Below are positions 1-13,884 of a stretch of 64,000 nt of DNA, one piece after another; position 1 is the stretch's first letter, and each line of letters opens with the position of its first letter. The notes below the pieces were generated by a model that saw nothing but the letters and a program-made list of their open reading frames with translations, searched no databases and was not told where the DNA came from. The position numbers and the translations under genes are program-made. Location: assembly GCF_009914755.1 (NCBI RefSeq), contig NC_060945.1; one strand, written 5' to 3'. The DNA is from the human T2T-CHM13v2.0 reference genome, Homo sapiens.

Positions 1-572
1 GAGAAGAGGACAACCATCCTCCAGACCCCAGAACGGTAGATCCACCAAGAGCTTTGCACTGTGCACCTAGAAAAGCCAAAGACACTCAATGCCCACCATG
101 AAAGTAGCTGAAGGGGGTGGGTGTGGGAGGGCTGTACCCTACAAAGCCACAGGGGCAGAGCTGCCCAAGACCATGAAAGCCACTCCCTGTATCAGTGTGC
201 CCTGGATGTGAGACACGGGGTCACAAAGGAGACCATTTTGAGCTTTAAGATTTAATGACTGCCCAGCCGGATTTCGGACTTGCATGGGGGCCTGTAGCCC
301 TTTGTTTCGGCCAATTTCTTCCATTGGTAATGGGAGTATTTATCCAATGCCTGTATTTCCATTGTATCTTGAAAGTAACTAACTTGCTTTTGATTTTACA
401 GGCTGCTAGGCAGAGGGGACTTACCTTGTCAGAGATGAGACTTTGGACTTGGACTTTTGAGTTAATGACGAAATGAGTTAAGACTTTGGGGGCCTTGCTG
501 GGAAGGCATGATTTGTTTTGAAATGGAATGGTTTTGAAAGGAACATGAGATTTGGGAGGGGTAGGGGGAGAA
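1..572 (+). mobile_element. MaLR (THE1/MST) internal region, 3' part
   Basis: MaLR-int-like sequence (ccttgtcagagatgagactttggacttggacttttgagttaatg...) ending in a polypurine tract (gggaggggtagggggagaaa) immediately before an LTR. Confidence 0.75.
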
Positions 573-936
573 ATGACATGGTTTGGCTTTGTGTCCCTAC
601 CCGAATCTCACCTTGACTTGTAATCCCCAAAGTGTTGAGCGAGGAACCTGGTAGGAGGTGACTGGATCATGGGGGCAGTTTCCCTCATGCTGTTCTCGTG
701 ATAGCGAGTTCTCAGGAGACATGATGGTTCTATAAGTGTGTGGCAAGTTCTTCCTTGGCTTGCTCTTCTCTCTCCTACCGCCTTGAGAAGAGGTCTGTTT
801 CCCTTTCTGCCATGACTATAAGTTTCCTGAGGCCTCGTCAGTTATGCAGAACTGTGAGTCAACTAAACCTCTTTCCTTTATAATTACCCAGTCTCAGGTA
901 GTATCTTTATGGCAGTATAAGAACGGACTAATGTAC
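573..936 (+). mobile_element. THE1/MST-family MaLR LTR (3' LTR)
   Basis: Begins tgacatggtttggctttgtgtcc; contains aagtttcctgaggcctc...aaacctctttcctttataattacccagtctcagg; ends ggactaatgta. Confidence 0.85.
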
Positions 937-1989
937 CGATTAACCGTTTAATGAACCCACAACCTTGGGTAGAACAAGGCCTACCCAAGGAAAAATTATT
1001 TCACTCAAAATACCACTAACACCTGCTGAGAAGCCCTGATCCAGGAAACAGAGGTCCTGAAGAGACCTAAGTGCTGTCACAAGGGTGTGCTGACACCCAG
1101 CAGTGAGAGAAGGCAGAGTGGCAAGGAGGGGCCAGCAAGGCAGGCCAAAGGCAAGTGCTGGCCCCAAGGGCCAAGTGCATTAAACATTTCAGGGGTGGGT
1201 GGGAACTGAATGTGAATGAGGTCAAGTACCAAGCCGACTAAGACCTTGGATTTCACAAGCCACACCCTGATGTTCTCCCTTTGTGTCTCTTCATGTGGAG
1301 TAGATCAGGAGAAATAACCACAGAACCTAATTTGCTAGGCTTCCTACACCCAGTCATCTAAAATCTAGTCCCATTCTTGTGTCTCAAGCCAAACCGCCTA
1401 ATTATAAGAAAAAAATAACAGATTAAGGCAGATAGACTGTAAACTGCTAAGCAGGTGGGGTGCGGGAGAAACACAATGTCAGTGGGCAACTAAGTAGAGG
1501 CCTGGCAGCAGAACACACAAAAGCTTTACAAATCACCTTCGTGGGACCATGAAGAAGAGCTCGTACCAAAGAGAGCTGGCTTTATTCTTCATCTGGAGTT
1601 CCCCTTTGGCACTCCCCTGCGTGACACCCTCCCTTAGGGAGGGGAAAGGGTGGTCTAAAAACTGCAGCTCCAGACCTGCTCCTGGCAATGCAGGCTCAGC
1701 ACAGAGACCTGCCCGGGTGTGCGCTGGCCTTCCCGCCAGCTTTGTTATTCAACAGTGGCCTCTACTGGTCAATAAAGAATTGCAGCAAATGAGTTCAGAG
1801 GCTGGAGGGAATGGTTCAGGGCACTTGATTTTTTCCATTTTGTTTTTTGCTTCCAAAGCATATACACGCGTACACAAAATAATATACAGTTTCATGTTTA
1901 CTGATAAGAAACAAGTTCAAAAAAAGAGACGAATCTTGGTATCAGGGAAATTTTCAGAGGCCATTCCTTGCCACTTAAAATAGTGGCTT

Positions 1990-2290
1990 AACAAATAGCT
2001 ACCACACAAAGTGAAATATAACCTTTGACCCAGCAATTCCATTTCTAGGAATCCATCCCACAGATAACATTGGTGAAGATAAAAAATGTATACACAGGCT
2101 ATTCATTTCAGGACTATTTGTAAAAACAAAAAGAAATTAAAAAGGACTTGAGTGTCTATCAACAGAGGACCAGTCAAATTATGATACATATACCAGTGGG
2201 GTACTTTGCAGCTATAAATACCTCTACATGCTAGTACAGAACAAACTTCAGGACATATTACATGAAAAAAAAGAAGGTGGAGAAAAGTGT
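1990..2290 (+). mobile_element. Old L1 (L1M) 3' fragment
   Basis: acctttgacccagcaattccatttctaggaat is a typical L1 3'-end motif. Confidence 0.6.
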
Positions 2291-2296
2291 GTGACT

Positions 2297-2535
2297 AGGG
2301 CCTTTAATGAGGTAATTAAAATTAATGTGGTCATTAGGGTGGACCTTAATCCAATCTGACTAATATCCTTTTAAGAAGAGATGAGGACACAGGCATAGAG
2401 GACAGAGCCTCAGAAGAAACCAGCCCTGCCCTATCCTTGATCTTGGACTTCCAGCCTCCAGGACTATGAGGAAATACATTTCTGTTGTTTAAGCCGTGCC
2501 CAGCCTGTGTGGTAGAGCAGCCCTAGCAAACACAG
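2297..2535 (+). mobile_element. MLT1-family LTR fragment
   Basis: gtcattagggtggaccttaatccaatctgact...ttgatcttggacttccagcctccaggactatgag...agccctagcaaac. Confidence 0.75.
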
Positions 2536-2750
2536 TGCTGAAACAACTGCACTGCCATTTACAAATAATTTACAAATAAACCTTGGCCTTTATCTCATAC
2601 CATATGGAAAACTTTGATATGGATCCCAAACCTAAATACAAGAGCTGAAACTATAAAACATCTAGAAGAAATCATAGGAGAAAATCCTACTGCCACCTGA
2701 TGTTTGGCAGTTATTTCTTAAATATAACACAATAGCAAGAAATATTTTAA

Positions 2751-3095
<345 letters not shown>

Positions 3096-3248
3096 AAAGA
3101 ACTAAAACTTAAGAAAATCAACACAATTTTGAAAGAAGCAAAGACTCAAGTCACTTTATCTAAAAAGACATATGGATGGCAAATAAACACGTGAAATGAT
3201 GCTCAACATCACGAGTCTTATGGAAATGCAAATGAAAACCTCAGTAAG

Positions 3249-3985
<737 letters not shown>

Positions 3986-4129
3986 TTAATACACTGCTAG
4001 GGAAATGTGAACTAGAGGAAAACTGTTTGGCCGTTTCTTTAAAAATTAAACATACACTTCCCATTATAACCCTGGTTATTTACACAGGAGAAATAAAAGC
4101 ATATATCCACAGAAAGACATGTACATTTA

Positions 4130-4375
4130 GGACATGCACACAGGGGGAAGATGGCCATGCGAAGATGGAGGCAGAGATTAGAATTACACTACCTCAAGCA
4201 AGAGAATGACAATAAACGCCAAGGATGACCAACAATCACCATTAGCTGGAAGAGGCAAGTAAGGGTTCTCCCCTCGAGCCCTCAAGAGGAAGAATGACCC
4301 CATCAACACCTTTATTTTAGATGTCTGGCCTCCAGAACAGTAAAAGAATAAATTTCTGTTGTGCTAAGCCCCCCA
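4130..4375 (+). mobile_element. MLT1 LTR fragment
   Basis: gaagatggaggcagagattagaatt...ctggcctccagaacagtaaaagaataaatttctgttgt. Confidence 0.7.
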
Positions 4376-4879
4376 TGGGCAGCCCACTTCTACCTGGGTC
4401 TATCTCTGACACTCCTAGGAAAGGCTGGATGATGAATGAAGACAGAACATCAAGACAAGACAGCAGTTTACAACAATTGAGTTCTTTCCTGGCTCTCCTT
4501 TTTTCCTGTTTATGAACCTAGGCAAAATCATCTTGTCTGTTGCTCAATTCCATAAAATCTGTAAAATTAGGGGGCTTGAACAGAATCATAGCCAAGGTCC
4601 CACCACCTCTGAATTTCTGCAGTTATATGACTACTCCCAAATACAATAAAGTGTGCATGAACATCTAACCAAATTTATCTAAACCCCTTCTATGTAGAGA
4701 TTGATTCTGTCAAGTCCACCTTTACACTGGAATGTGCTACCTTAAAATACGTTATGAGGACAAACTAGATGTTAAGATACACACACAAAAAAAACCAGTA
4801 AATGATACACAAAAAAAACCCACTAAATTTTATCACATTATTAAGATACAGGAAAAACAAAGTCCCCTCAATAACACAC

Positions 4880-5415
4880 TGTATTCATCTTCTGTCACTG
4901 CTGTAACAAATTACCACAAATTTAGTGATTTAAAACAATACTCATTGATGATCTCAGAGTTTCCAAGCGTCAGAAGTCTGGACACAGCATGGGCCAGCTA
5001 GTTCTCTGCTCAGAGTCTCACCAGGGCTGCCACTCCAAGTTCATTGAGGTTGCTGACAGAATTCACTTCCACGGGTCTGTTGGTCTGGGATCATTCTCAG
5101 CTTCTTGAGGCTGCCCGCCTTCCTTAGGTCATGGCTCCTTCTTCCATCTTCACAGCCAGCCACAGAAGGTAGAGATCTTGTCATATGTTGAATCTCTCTG
5201 ACCACCCCCATCCTGCCTTCACTGACTGCTTTTGAGCCTTATGTTATTATTGGATCCTTCACGGTAATCCAGAATAATCTCCCACTCTTTAGGTCTGCTG
5301 ATTACTAACCTGACTTGCATCTCCAAAGTCCCTCCACCGAAGTACTAGAAAGTGCTTGAATAACAAGGGCATGGGAATCTTAGTGAGGTATGTTTAGAGT
5401 TCTACCTTCTACACA
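4880..5415 (-). mobile_element. MLT1 LTR (antisense)
   Basis: ctgctgtaacaaattaccacaaatttagtgatttaaaacaa... is the reverse-complement of an MLT1 3' end. Confidence 0.65.
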
Positions 5416-5702
5416 TAGTCCAAAATTTCATGTTAACATGTAAAAACACACAACACACTTCCGTGACAAACCTTCGGAAATCAACCATTATTTAGGTCTT
5501 ATTACTGCAAACTAATTGACAATATAATTGAAATAACAGATGAAGCTTCTGTCAGGACAATAAAAGGGAGAACATATCTTTGCTAATGCAAATATCCTTA
5601 GAAAATGCAAGTTCAACAATGCAAAGACTGGCCTGAAGCAGCAGCCTGAACTTAATTTCCTATGCAGGGGTTTAATGATTTTCTTCTCAATAAAAATGAG
5701 AA

Positions 5703-6063
<361 letters not shown>

Positions 6064-6269
6064 CTAAAACAGAGACACAAACACAAACCAGGATACCAAG
6101 AAATGGTAGGTGTTCACACATCTGACCCACCAGCCAGGTTTCCCATGAGGACACAGAAGTAATAGTCCCCCACATCCAACCCTCTGTTCGAGTATGAACA
6201 TTGTCAGAATCAAAATGGAGTCACTTTCGCCAAACCCTGACAACATAGAGGGAGGTCAAGATGAAGACA

Positions 6270-6443
6270 GAAAAATCAGCCAGGTGTAGGGGCACATGCC
6301 TGTAGTCTCAGCTACTCAGGTGGATTAAGTGAAAGGATAGCTTGAGCCCAGGTCAAGGCTTGCAATGAGCTGTGGTTGTGCCACTGCACTCCAACCTGGG
6401 TGACAGAGCAAGACCCTGTCTCAAAAAATAAATAAATAAATAA
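6270..6443 (+). mobile_element. Alu right arm/monomer
   Basis: aaaaatcagccaggtg...gacagagcaagaccctgtctcaaaaaataaataaa. Confidence 0.85.
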
Positions 6444-6449
6444 TTATTA

Positions 6450-8533
6450 TTTGCCAAAATATGCTTAATTTTTATTGCTAAAAAATGCTAACAATCATAT
6501 GAGCCTTCAGCAGGTCATAATCTTTTTGCCGGTGCAGTCTTGCCCGGATATTGATGACTGCTGACTGATCAGGGTGGTAGTTGCTGAAGGCAGGAGTGGC
6601 TGTGGTAGTTTCTGAAAATAAGACAACAATTAAGTTTGCCACAGGGACTGACTCTTACTTTCACAAAAGATTGCTCTGTAGTCTGTGATGTTGTTTGACA
6701 GCACTTTACCCACAGTGGAACTTCAGTCAAAACTGGAGTCAATACCCTCAAACCCTGCGGCTGCTTTATCAACTAAATTTATGGAATAGTCTCAATCTTT
6801 TGTCATTTCAACAATGTTCACAGCATTTTCACCAGGAGTAGATTCCATCTCAAGAATCACTTCTTTGCTCATCTGTAAGACTCAACTCCCCATCTGTTCA
6901 AGTTTGATCATGAGATTGTAGCAACTGAGTGACATCTTCAGGCTCCACCTCTAATTCCAGTTCCCTTGCCATTTCTACCACACCTGCAGTTGCTTCCTCC
7001 CCTTAAAGTCATCCATGAGCATTGAAATCAACTTTTTCAAACGCCTGTTGTTGATATGGTGACCTCCCATGAATCACAGATGTTCTTAATGCCATCTAGA
7101 ATGATAAATCCTTTCCAGAAGACTTTTGATTTTCTTTGCCCAGATCCATCAAAGAAATCACTTTTCATGGCAGCTATGGCCTTATGAAATGTATTTCTTA
7201 AATAAGTCAAAAGTGCTCCCGGATCCATGGGCTGCAGAATTGGTGTTGTGTTAGCAGGCACAAAAACATTTATCTCCTTATACCTCTCCATCAGAGCTCT
7301 TGAGTGACCAGGTGCACTGTCAGGAATAGTATTTTGAAGATAATCTTTTTTTCTGAGCAGTAGGTCTCAACAGTGGGCTTATATTCAGTAAACCATGCTG
7401 TACACAGATGTGCTGTCATCCAGGTTGTTTTTCCATCTCTAGAGCTCAGAGTAGATTTAGCATAATTTTTAAGGGCCCTAAGATTTTCTGAATGATAAAT
7501 GAGAACTGGCTTCAACTCAGTCAACTTAAAGTGACCGACATTAGCCCCTAACAAGAGTCGCCCTGTCCTTTGAAGCCAGTCATTGACTTCTCTCTAGCTG
7601 TTTACGTTGTATATGGCATCATCTCCTCCCAATACCGTATAAGGCTATTTTACGTACCTTGTAAATCTATTGCTTAATTTAGGAGCCACTTTCATCTTGA
7701 TCTTAGCTAGATCTTCTGGAGACCTTGCTGCTTCACCTTGTGCTTTTCTGTTATGGAGACAGGTTATTTACTTCAATCTCATGAACCAACCTCTGTTAGC
7801 TCCCAATTTTTCTTCTGCAGCTTCCTCACTGCTCTCAGCCTTCATAAAACTGAAGAGTTAGGACCTTGCTCTGGATTAGGCTTTGGCTTAAAGGAATGTT
7901 ATGGCTGGTTTGATCTTCTATCCAAACCACTAAAACTTTCTCCATATCAGCAGTAAGGCTTTTTCACTTTATCATTCATTGTGTTCAACAGAGCAGCACT
8001 TCTAATTTCCTTTAAGAACTTTTCCTTTGCATTCACAACTTGGCTAACAAGAGACCCAGCTTTCAGCCTATCTTGACTTTCAACATTCCTTCCTCACTAA
8101 ACTTAATCATTTCTAGCTTTTGATTTGAAGTGGGTAGAGTGCAACTCTTCACTTCAACACTTGAGCCCACTGTACAGTTACTATTGGCCTAATTTCAATG
8201 TTGTTTTGTCTCAGGGAAGAGAGAGGCCGGGAGAGAGATGGGGAAACAGCCAGTCAGTGAAGCACACACAACATTTATTAGGACTACCATCTTTTATGGG
8301 CATAGTTTGTGATGCCCCAAAATAATTACAATAGTAACATCAAAGATTACTGATCATAGATCACAGTAATAGATTAAAATGTAAGAGAGAGACACGAAGC
8401 GAGCAAAAATGGTGCCAACAGACTTGCTTCCATGCAGGGTTGCTTGTAAAAAACTTGTAAACTTGTAAAAAATGCAAGATCTGCGAAGTGAAGCTCAATA
8501 AAGCAAAGCGCGCGGGAAACTGAGGTGTGCCTT
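6450..8533 (-). mobile_element. Tigger1 DNA transposon fossil (pogo-like transposase pseudogene)
   Basis: Minus-strand fragments [34 protein letters not shown] and [19 protein letters not shown] match the Tigger1/TIGD1 DDE transposase, with frameshifts; Tigger1-type 5' terminus at 8522-8533 followed by TA. Confidence 0.9.
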
Positions 8534-8581
8534 TATGTTCTGCTTTAGCAGACACTAGGTGGCGAGCGTTATTTGAACGTT

Positions 8582-8905
8582 TACAGGAGGCCCTGTGTAT
8601 CTGCGGCTGCATATCCATGGATTCGACCAACCAGGAATACAAAATATTTGAAAAAAATAACAATAAAAAATGACGATTTAAAAATACAAGTAAAAAAAAA
8701 TCAGTGTAACTATTTGTGCAGCACTTACATTGCATTAGGTACTATAAGTAACCTTGAGATGATTTAAAAGTTATGAGAGGCTATGCATACATTAAATGCA
8801 AATACCACGCCACCTTATAGTAGGGACTTGAGCATCCGAGGATTCTGGTATCTGCAGCGGGGCCTGGAACCAATCCCCTCCAGATACCAAGGGAAGAATG
8901 ACCAT
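8582..8905 (-). mobile_element. MER2 (Tigger-derived MITE)
   Basis: Reverse complement reads tcccttggtatctggaggggattggttccagg...ggatgctcaagtccct, like the MER2 5' end. Confidence 0.8.
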
Positions 8906-9094
8906 ACGTGAGTGAGCCTGTATTTGCAACGTTTTGGTCTGCTTAAGCCAAACATCAACTCTTACTGGGCGGTGTCACCAATAGTTTTACGAAATCAAGC
9001 TACATGTATATTCACCACTTATTTTTTTTCTCACATTCATTCTTTTAGCTTAACTTTCTTCCAAAATTATCCTCAATCTAATTACAAAAGCAGC

Positions 9095-9270
9095 AGCTAA
9101 CTTTATTAAGGGTTACACATCAGGTATTTTGCTAAGCACTTCACCTGCAGTATCAAGTTTAACCTTTTAAGACAAGGAAACTGCAGAGACAGAGAGAGGA
9201 ACAAGGTCAAAGAGCTAACAAGCAGAGAGGCCGGGTCTGAACTCAGGCCCTGCTCTTAGCCGGCTACTAT
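9095..9270 (+). mobile_element. MIR fragment
   Basis: gctaagcacttcacctgc...ggaaactgcagagacagag...ggtctgaactcagg resembles the MIR core. Confidence 0.55.
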
Positions 9271-9739
9271 CTCGTCTCCATCGGCGACTCAGGCTCCTGG
9301 CGCTTTCAACACAATGGTATTCCAAGACTTCTCGCAGCAGTTCTTCCAAGCGGGCATTCGGTGTAAAACGATGGAATGCCGAGTGTTCCTAGGTTCTCAT
9401 TTCTCCCTTCGCTCTCCTCAGACATTAGAAATATCTAATTTACCGGGTAGGAAAGCACTCAAGAGGTTTCCTCAACACTACCTAGGAGGAGTGACAGGTG
9501 GCACTGTTCAAAAACCCTTTTCCTTCATTAGAGGGAAAGCCAAAATCTGACCTTTCAAAGCTCCACCAACGAGCCTTTCCCCTTTTAACGCATACACTTT
9601 TCCCTCCTAATTCCGCAGCAGCAAGTCAGGCCTTCTTCCTCAAGCTCTCACTGCACGTTCTCAAGGCTGCCAAGAAAAGAAAAAATAGAAGAGAAAAAAA
9701 CAAGCCCGCAAAGACTCAACTGTGTGTGCTCTCAACTAA

Positions 9740-10830
9740 CACGGCGCCGGCGCTGCCTTTACTGATGCTGGGAAGGCTTCTCTTCACGACTTCACGCGTG
9801 AGAGTGGGCAGCGGGCGCAGGGCGCGGCACTCCGCGGGACCCACAGGGGGGCTCACGGTGGAGGCCCCGGGCCCGGCTCCCCCGCCAGGCTCCCTGCCCC
9901 AGCCCCGCCGGACGACGCGGGCCCGGGAGCAGGAACGCGGGACGCTGCTGACGGCCCGGGTCCCCAGACTCACGTTTGTACTCGGCCATCAGCCTCTTGA
10001 GCGCGGTCCCCGCCATGGCCCCGCAACAGCTGCGCCGAGCGACCTCGCCTCAGCCGCGCGCGTGCCTCCTGCCCCGACACCGGGGACTGCTTCCGGGCCA
10101 CCGTCGCGGGCCCAGGAACTCTTCCGGGGCGTGGCGCGTGCGCGATCGCCGAGGCGCGCTGTCCGGGTGGTGGGAGCTCAACCCGCGACCGCGGCTACGG
10201 TTCTCTTGGCTCCTGCCCTCGCCTTAGTCGCTCTGCGGGGTTGGTTCGGTCCCGGCACTTCCAGAGGCCTCAGGGTCCTGGTCTTGTAGAGACTTCCTGA
10301 ACGGTGGCGCCTGTTCCAGTGTGTGTGCGCTAACTGCCTGTTCTGTGCCAGCCGCGCGTGGCCGAAGGGCGGGAGGACGGGGGTTGTGGAGGGGAGGATG
10401 GAGGTTGGGGAGACAGGGCGGGGACGAGATAAGAGGTCGGGGGGTGGGGAGGATGGTCGCGGGGCGGTCTGGGGCTGGAGACAAGGGGCCTGAGGTGCGG
10501 GTACGCACTGAACATTCCAACCGTCCCCAGCCGGCCGGGTTTCAGGTTTGAAAAGGTGGGAAGGTTAGCTGTCCTGGCGCTTTTCCTCCACGTGTTGTGC
10601 GGCTCCGCTGGAGTTCGGGTCCAGCACCTTCTACTCCGAGGGAGAGAGCCGCGGGGAGAGCCCTGTTCGGGCCCGCGGCTCGAACTGACCGCCGGCTCTG
10701 CCGAGCAGCCTCGACCCCAGGGCACCCCCGGGAGAGAGGGCGCGGCTCAGGTCCCTGCCCGAACCCCTGGGGTGCTGAGAGACTCCCCAGCGCCCCGCGT
10801 GGGCTCCCGGCCTCTCCACAGTTGAGGATC
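9740..10830. promoter_or_regulatory. CpG island / bidirectional promoter of UBE2G2
   Basis: Very high GC and CpG density around the ATG; NRF1-like GCGCGTGCGC (~10134), ETS-like CTTCCGG motifs (~10090, ~10121), GC boxes. Confidence 0.9.
9974..10016 (-). CDS. UBE2G2: UBE2G2 ubiquitin-conjugating enzyme E2 G2, coding exon 1 (MAGTALKRLMAEYK + 1 nt); later exons lie left of the window
   Basis: Recognised N-terminus; Kozak gccATGG; 43-nt coding part followed by a GTGAGT donor at 9973. Confidence 0.96.
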
Positions 10831-10849
10831 CTGTAAGGGGCGAGCCCTT

Positions 10850-12990
10850 TTTCCCATAATGGCTGTAGTGAGTGGGTGTGCTTTCCCGATTGACCCGCTG
10901 TGAGGTGAGCGATTTTAACCCACATCCTTACTGACTTCACAGCACAGTAGGTGCTTCGTGGCTGTCCGGTGCAAGGATGTATATACACACACACCTTTGC
11001 AAAAAAAGTTTGCATCTCTTGCCTGGCTGTTTGTTGCAATAATCTATCATTTGTCTTTTCCTTTCCAGCATTGCAGATGATCCCTTGAAAAGAAGTCTGA
11101 TCACATTCACACTCTGCTCCGCCCATTTCACTCAGTAAAGCTGAAGTCCTGCAGTGCTTTGCTCTGCCTCCGGTCACCCCGCCATACTCCCAGACCCTCC
11201 CTCCCTCTCACTCCACTCCAGCTGCCCTGGCCTGGTTCAGAGTCCCTGACTCTTCCCTCCCCGGAAACACTTTCTGGCGGCTCTTGTCCCCGACTCTTCC
11301 CACCTGCTCTTTCAGTCTTTGCTCAAATGTTGCCTCTTCAGTGTGGCCTAGGCCGTCACCACCCGGCCTTCACCGCATACCTTTTTCTCTGCAACACCTA
11401 CTCAACACACCGTACTATAGAACTTACTGGCATGCTATAAATGTATTACCCTTATCTGTTGCCTCTAACCAAAAGCGTGTTCCATGAGAGCCATGGGTCC
11501 CTGCCTACTTCTGTCTTGTTTCTGGGGCAGCCTCTGTACCTGGACATCGTATACTCTTAACACGGATTTGTCAAATCAAATGAAATTTAACAATACAAAC
11601 TTCACAAGTATGCATAGTGTAGGAAAATTCCCCAAAATTCAAAATTTCAGTCTACCTCCATCTTTTCAAATGACCACAGTGCTTTATAAAATGACATGGT
11701 CCTTTGAGACTGTTTCAGAGAGTAATTTGTGCAAATGCAATGTGCAAAAAGTCACAGTGGAGGTGTTTCCTCCCCCATTCAAGAGCTGCTCTCTCTCTAA
11801 TCAGACAGCACCCCACACCCCAAGGCAGTCTGTCCAGTGCTCCTAAAGGAGAGCAGCTCCCCTTTTCCAGTTATGGGAGATGTGGGCAATAAAGCATTAC
11901 TGTCAATGCCGTGATGTTCACTGCAACATATGCTTGATGTTTTCATAATTTTATCCATCTTTTTCAGACATCTTACTGCAGAACACTGTATGTTTTCCAA
12001 TTATTATTTTTCAGAAATGTGGTTTACAGCTTCTATCAGGATTAGCTTCAGCTTCAAGTGACAAAAGTCACTTGAAATATGAGTTGCTGAAACAAGATGG
12101 CAGTCTCTCCCCTCAACAGGACTGTTACAACACCTTATCTTCAGAGAACCAGGCTCTCTGCAACATTTCAGGGACGTCGTTCAGTACCTTATGTGGAATT
12201 CAAGCTTAGCTGGGCATCCTATGTTTTAACTGGCTAACTCGTGGAACTCTCAACTTGGATCAAGTGGTAGTGGAGTCCCAGGGACTCTGAGCAGCCAGTG
12301 TGTGATACTGCAGGGCAGCACACCCTGGGGAGGCCAACTGTACAGAATAAAATTAATGCTTTCTATCTTTAGCAACTAAAGTTCTGAAATATAAAAAGGA
12401 CCTCACAGCTTAACCCATGTTATACGGTGGGGTTTTCCCATGAACATCACGCGTTTCCAGCTGGGCACTCCTGCAGCATGGCTAAGATGACAACTCAAGT
12501 TCCCTGGGAGTGGGGGTTCCTGGGATGTGAACCTTTCGGTGCAAAAACTGGAGAAGTTCCAGTTGGGACCCCAGGCATAGATACTAGGATAAATAGGGCC
12601 TCTCTCCTCCAGGAGCATCAATTTAACCCAAAGATTCTTGGAGTCAGTTTCACATAAGTAATCTTGTTGAAAATAGTAATCCCAACAGATCTATTTTTCC
12701 AAATGCACCATTTGCATAAATCTCAGAAAAAAGACAACTTCAAGAACATACCTTTGCTGGGCACCATGGCTCATGCCTGTAATCCCAACTACTTGGCAGG
12801 CTGAGGCACGAGGATCACTTGAGGCCAGGAGTCTGAGATCAGCTTGGGCAACTGATTTATGGTTTGGATTTGTGTCCATGCCCTTCCTCTTCTGCCATGA
12901 TTATAAGTTTCCTGAGGCCTCCCTAGCCATGCTTCCTGTACAGCCTACAGAACTATGAGTCAATTAAACCTCTTTTCTTTATAAATTACC
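10850..12990 (+). ncRNA. LINC01424: Probable divergent lncRNA (LINC01424); boundaries approximate
   Basis: Recalled annotation between UBE2G2 and SUMO3; consistent with the CpG-island edge, a GAG|GTGAGC donor near 10904 and an LTR-derived ATTAAA at 12963-12968. Not derivable from sequence alone. Confidence 0.45.
11150..11585 (+). mobile_element. L2 3' fragment
   Basis: tctttgctcaaatgttgcctcttcag...ccatgagagc...gatttgtcaaatcaaatgaa resembles an L2 3' end. Confidence 0.55.
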
Positions 12991-13070
12991 CAGTCTCAGG
13001 TAGTTCTTTATAGTAATGTGAGGATGCACTAATACAGCAATATAGTGAGAGCTCCATCTCTACAAATCTT
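12757..13070 (+). mobile_element. Alu left monomer (FLAM/AluJ) interrupted by an internally deleted MST/THE1 LTR (12853-13036)
   Basis: Alu sequence stops at ...ttgggcaac and resumes at gcaatatagtgagagc; LTR has TG...CA ends and a 5-bp TSD GCAAC/GCAAT. Confidence 0.8.
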
Positions 13071-13372
13071 TTTTAGAAAGACAGGACATCCTGCTGGTTC
13101 TGCTGTGAGGTGTTGTGGGTGGAAGTTCAAGCAGCGCTGCCCTAATACATCCACATATGCTCCTGGCCATTATTCTTATCTAACCTACGGTGCCTGGGAC
13201 ACATCCCTTTCCTCATTGATTTTGGCAGCCGCTTCGCCCCAGGCTGCCTAGGGAATCTGGCAGATGTCCCCATCCTGTATTGTGCCTTAATCCGTGCACT
13301 CTTCCTGGTGCAAGTGAATCACGTGTTCCATCTCCACAGCTGCCCATCTTTCTTCACCTTGGGTTCATTCAA

Positions 13373-13834
13373 CTGATGGGCTAAAACAGCTCATTTTCAA
13401 CCTGGGTTTTGTTACACCACTGCACACTGGGAAATTCTTAAAGCCAAATCAATGTCAGTTCAGTTTCAAAGCAGATAGGTAAGTTGTCCATGGCAGAAGG
13501 AAAGCTGACTTACATTCAAACACCAGAAAACGAGAGATGTCCTAGACTAACACCCAAGCTCACCTGCCTCTAAAATCCACCCTTTCTTTACATACGAAAC
13601 CCAGGAGAGGGAGGGTAACATGTCACAGTGATGCCAGCTCAGACAGCTGTCAGCCAGGAGGTCTCTGAGGAGAGGATGCATCCCTCAGCAGGAAGAAGGC
13701 TGGACTAGCATTGGTGATGTGCCAGGGGAGGGGAAATGAGCTGCCAGGCGAATACTAACCTTCCAGCGGCTAGCTTTTCAATCAAAGTTTCTCAGTGCAG
13801 TGGCTGCCTGGAATGGTCAATTCAAACACTGAAT
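13373..13834 (+). repeat. Local duplicon, copy 1 (direct repeat of 17674-18119)
   Basis: Aligns by eye over its whole length to 17674-18119; ORF-track peptides MSCQANTNLPAASFSIKVSQCSG and MSRQVNTNLPVASFSIKVSQCSG confirm it. Confidence 0.95.
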
Positions 13835-13884
13835 TGTACCAGTATGCCCCAACCTTCAAATGCAGTGTTTAGTAGAAGCCAAGA

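Noticed and set aside
7037-7554. Transposase-like ORFs as a functional TIGD gene
   Set aside because: Frameshifted, fragmented Tigger1 fossil with a degenerate DDE region
9498-10289. 263-aa plus-strand ORF antisense to UBE2G2 exon 1
   Set aside because: CpG-island artefact with a non-ATG start and no homology I recognise
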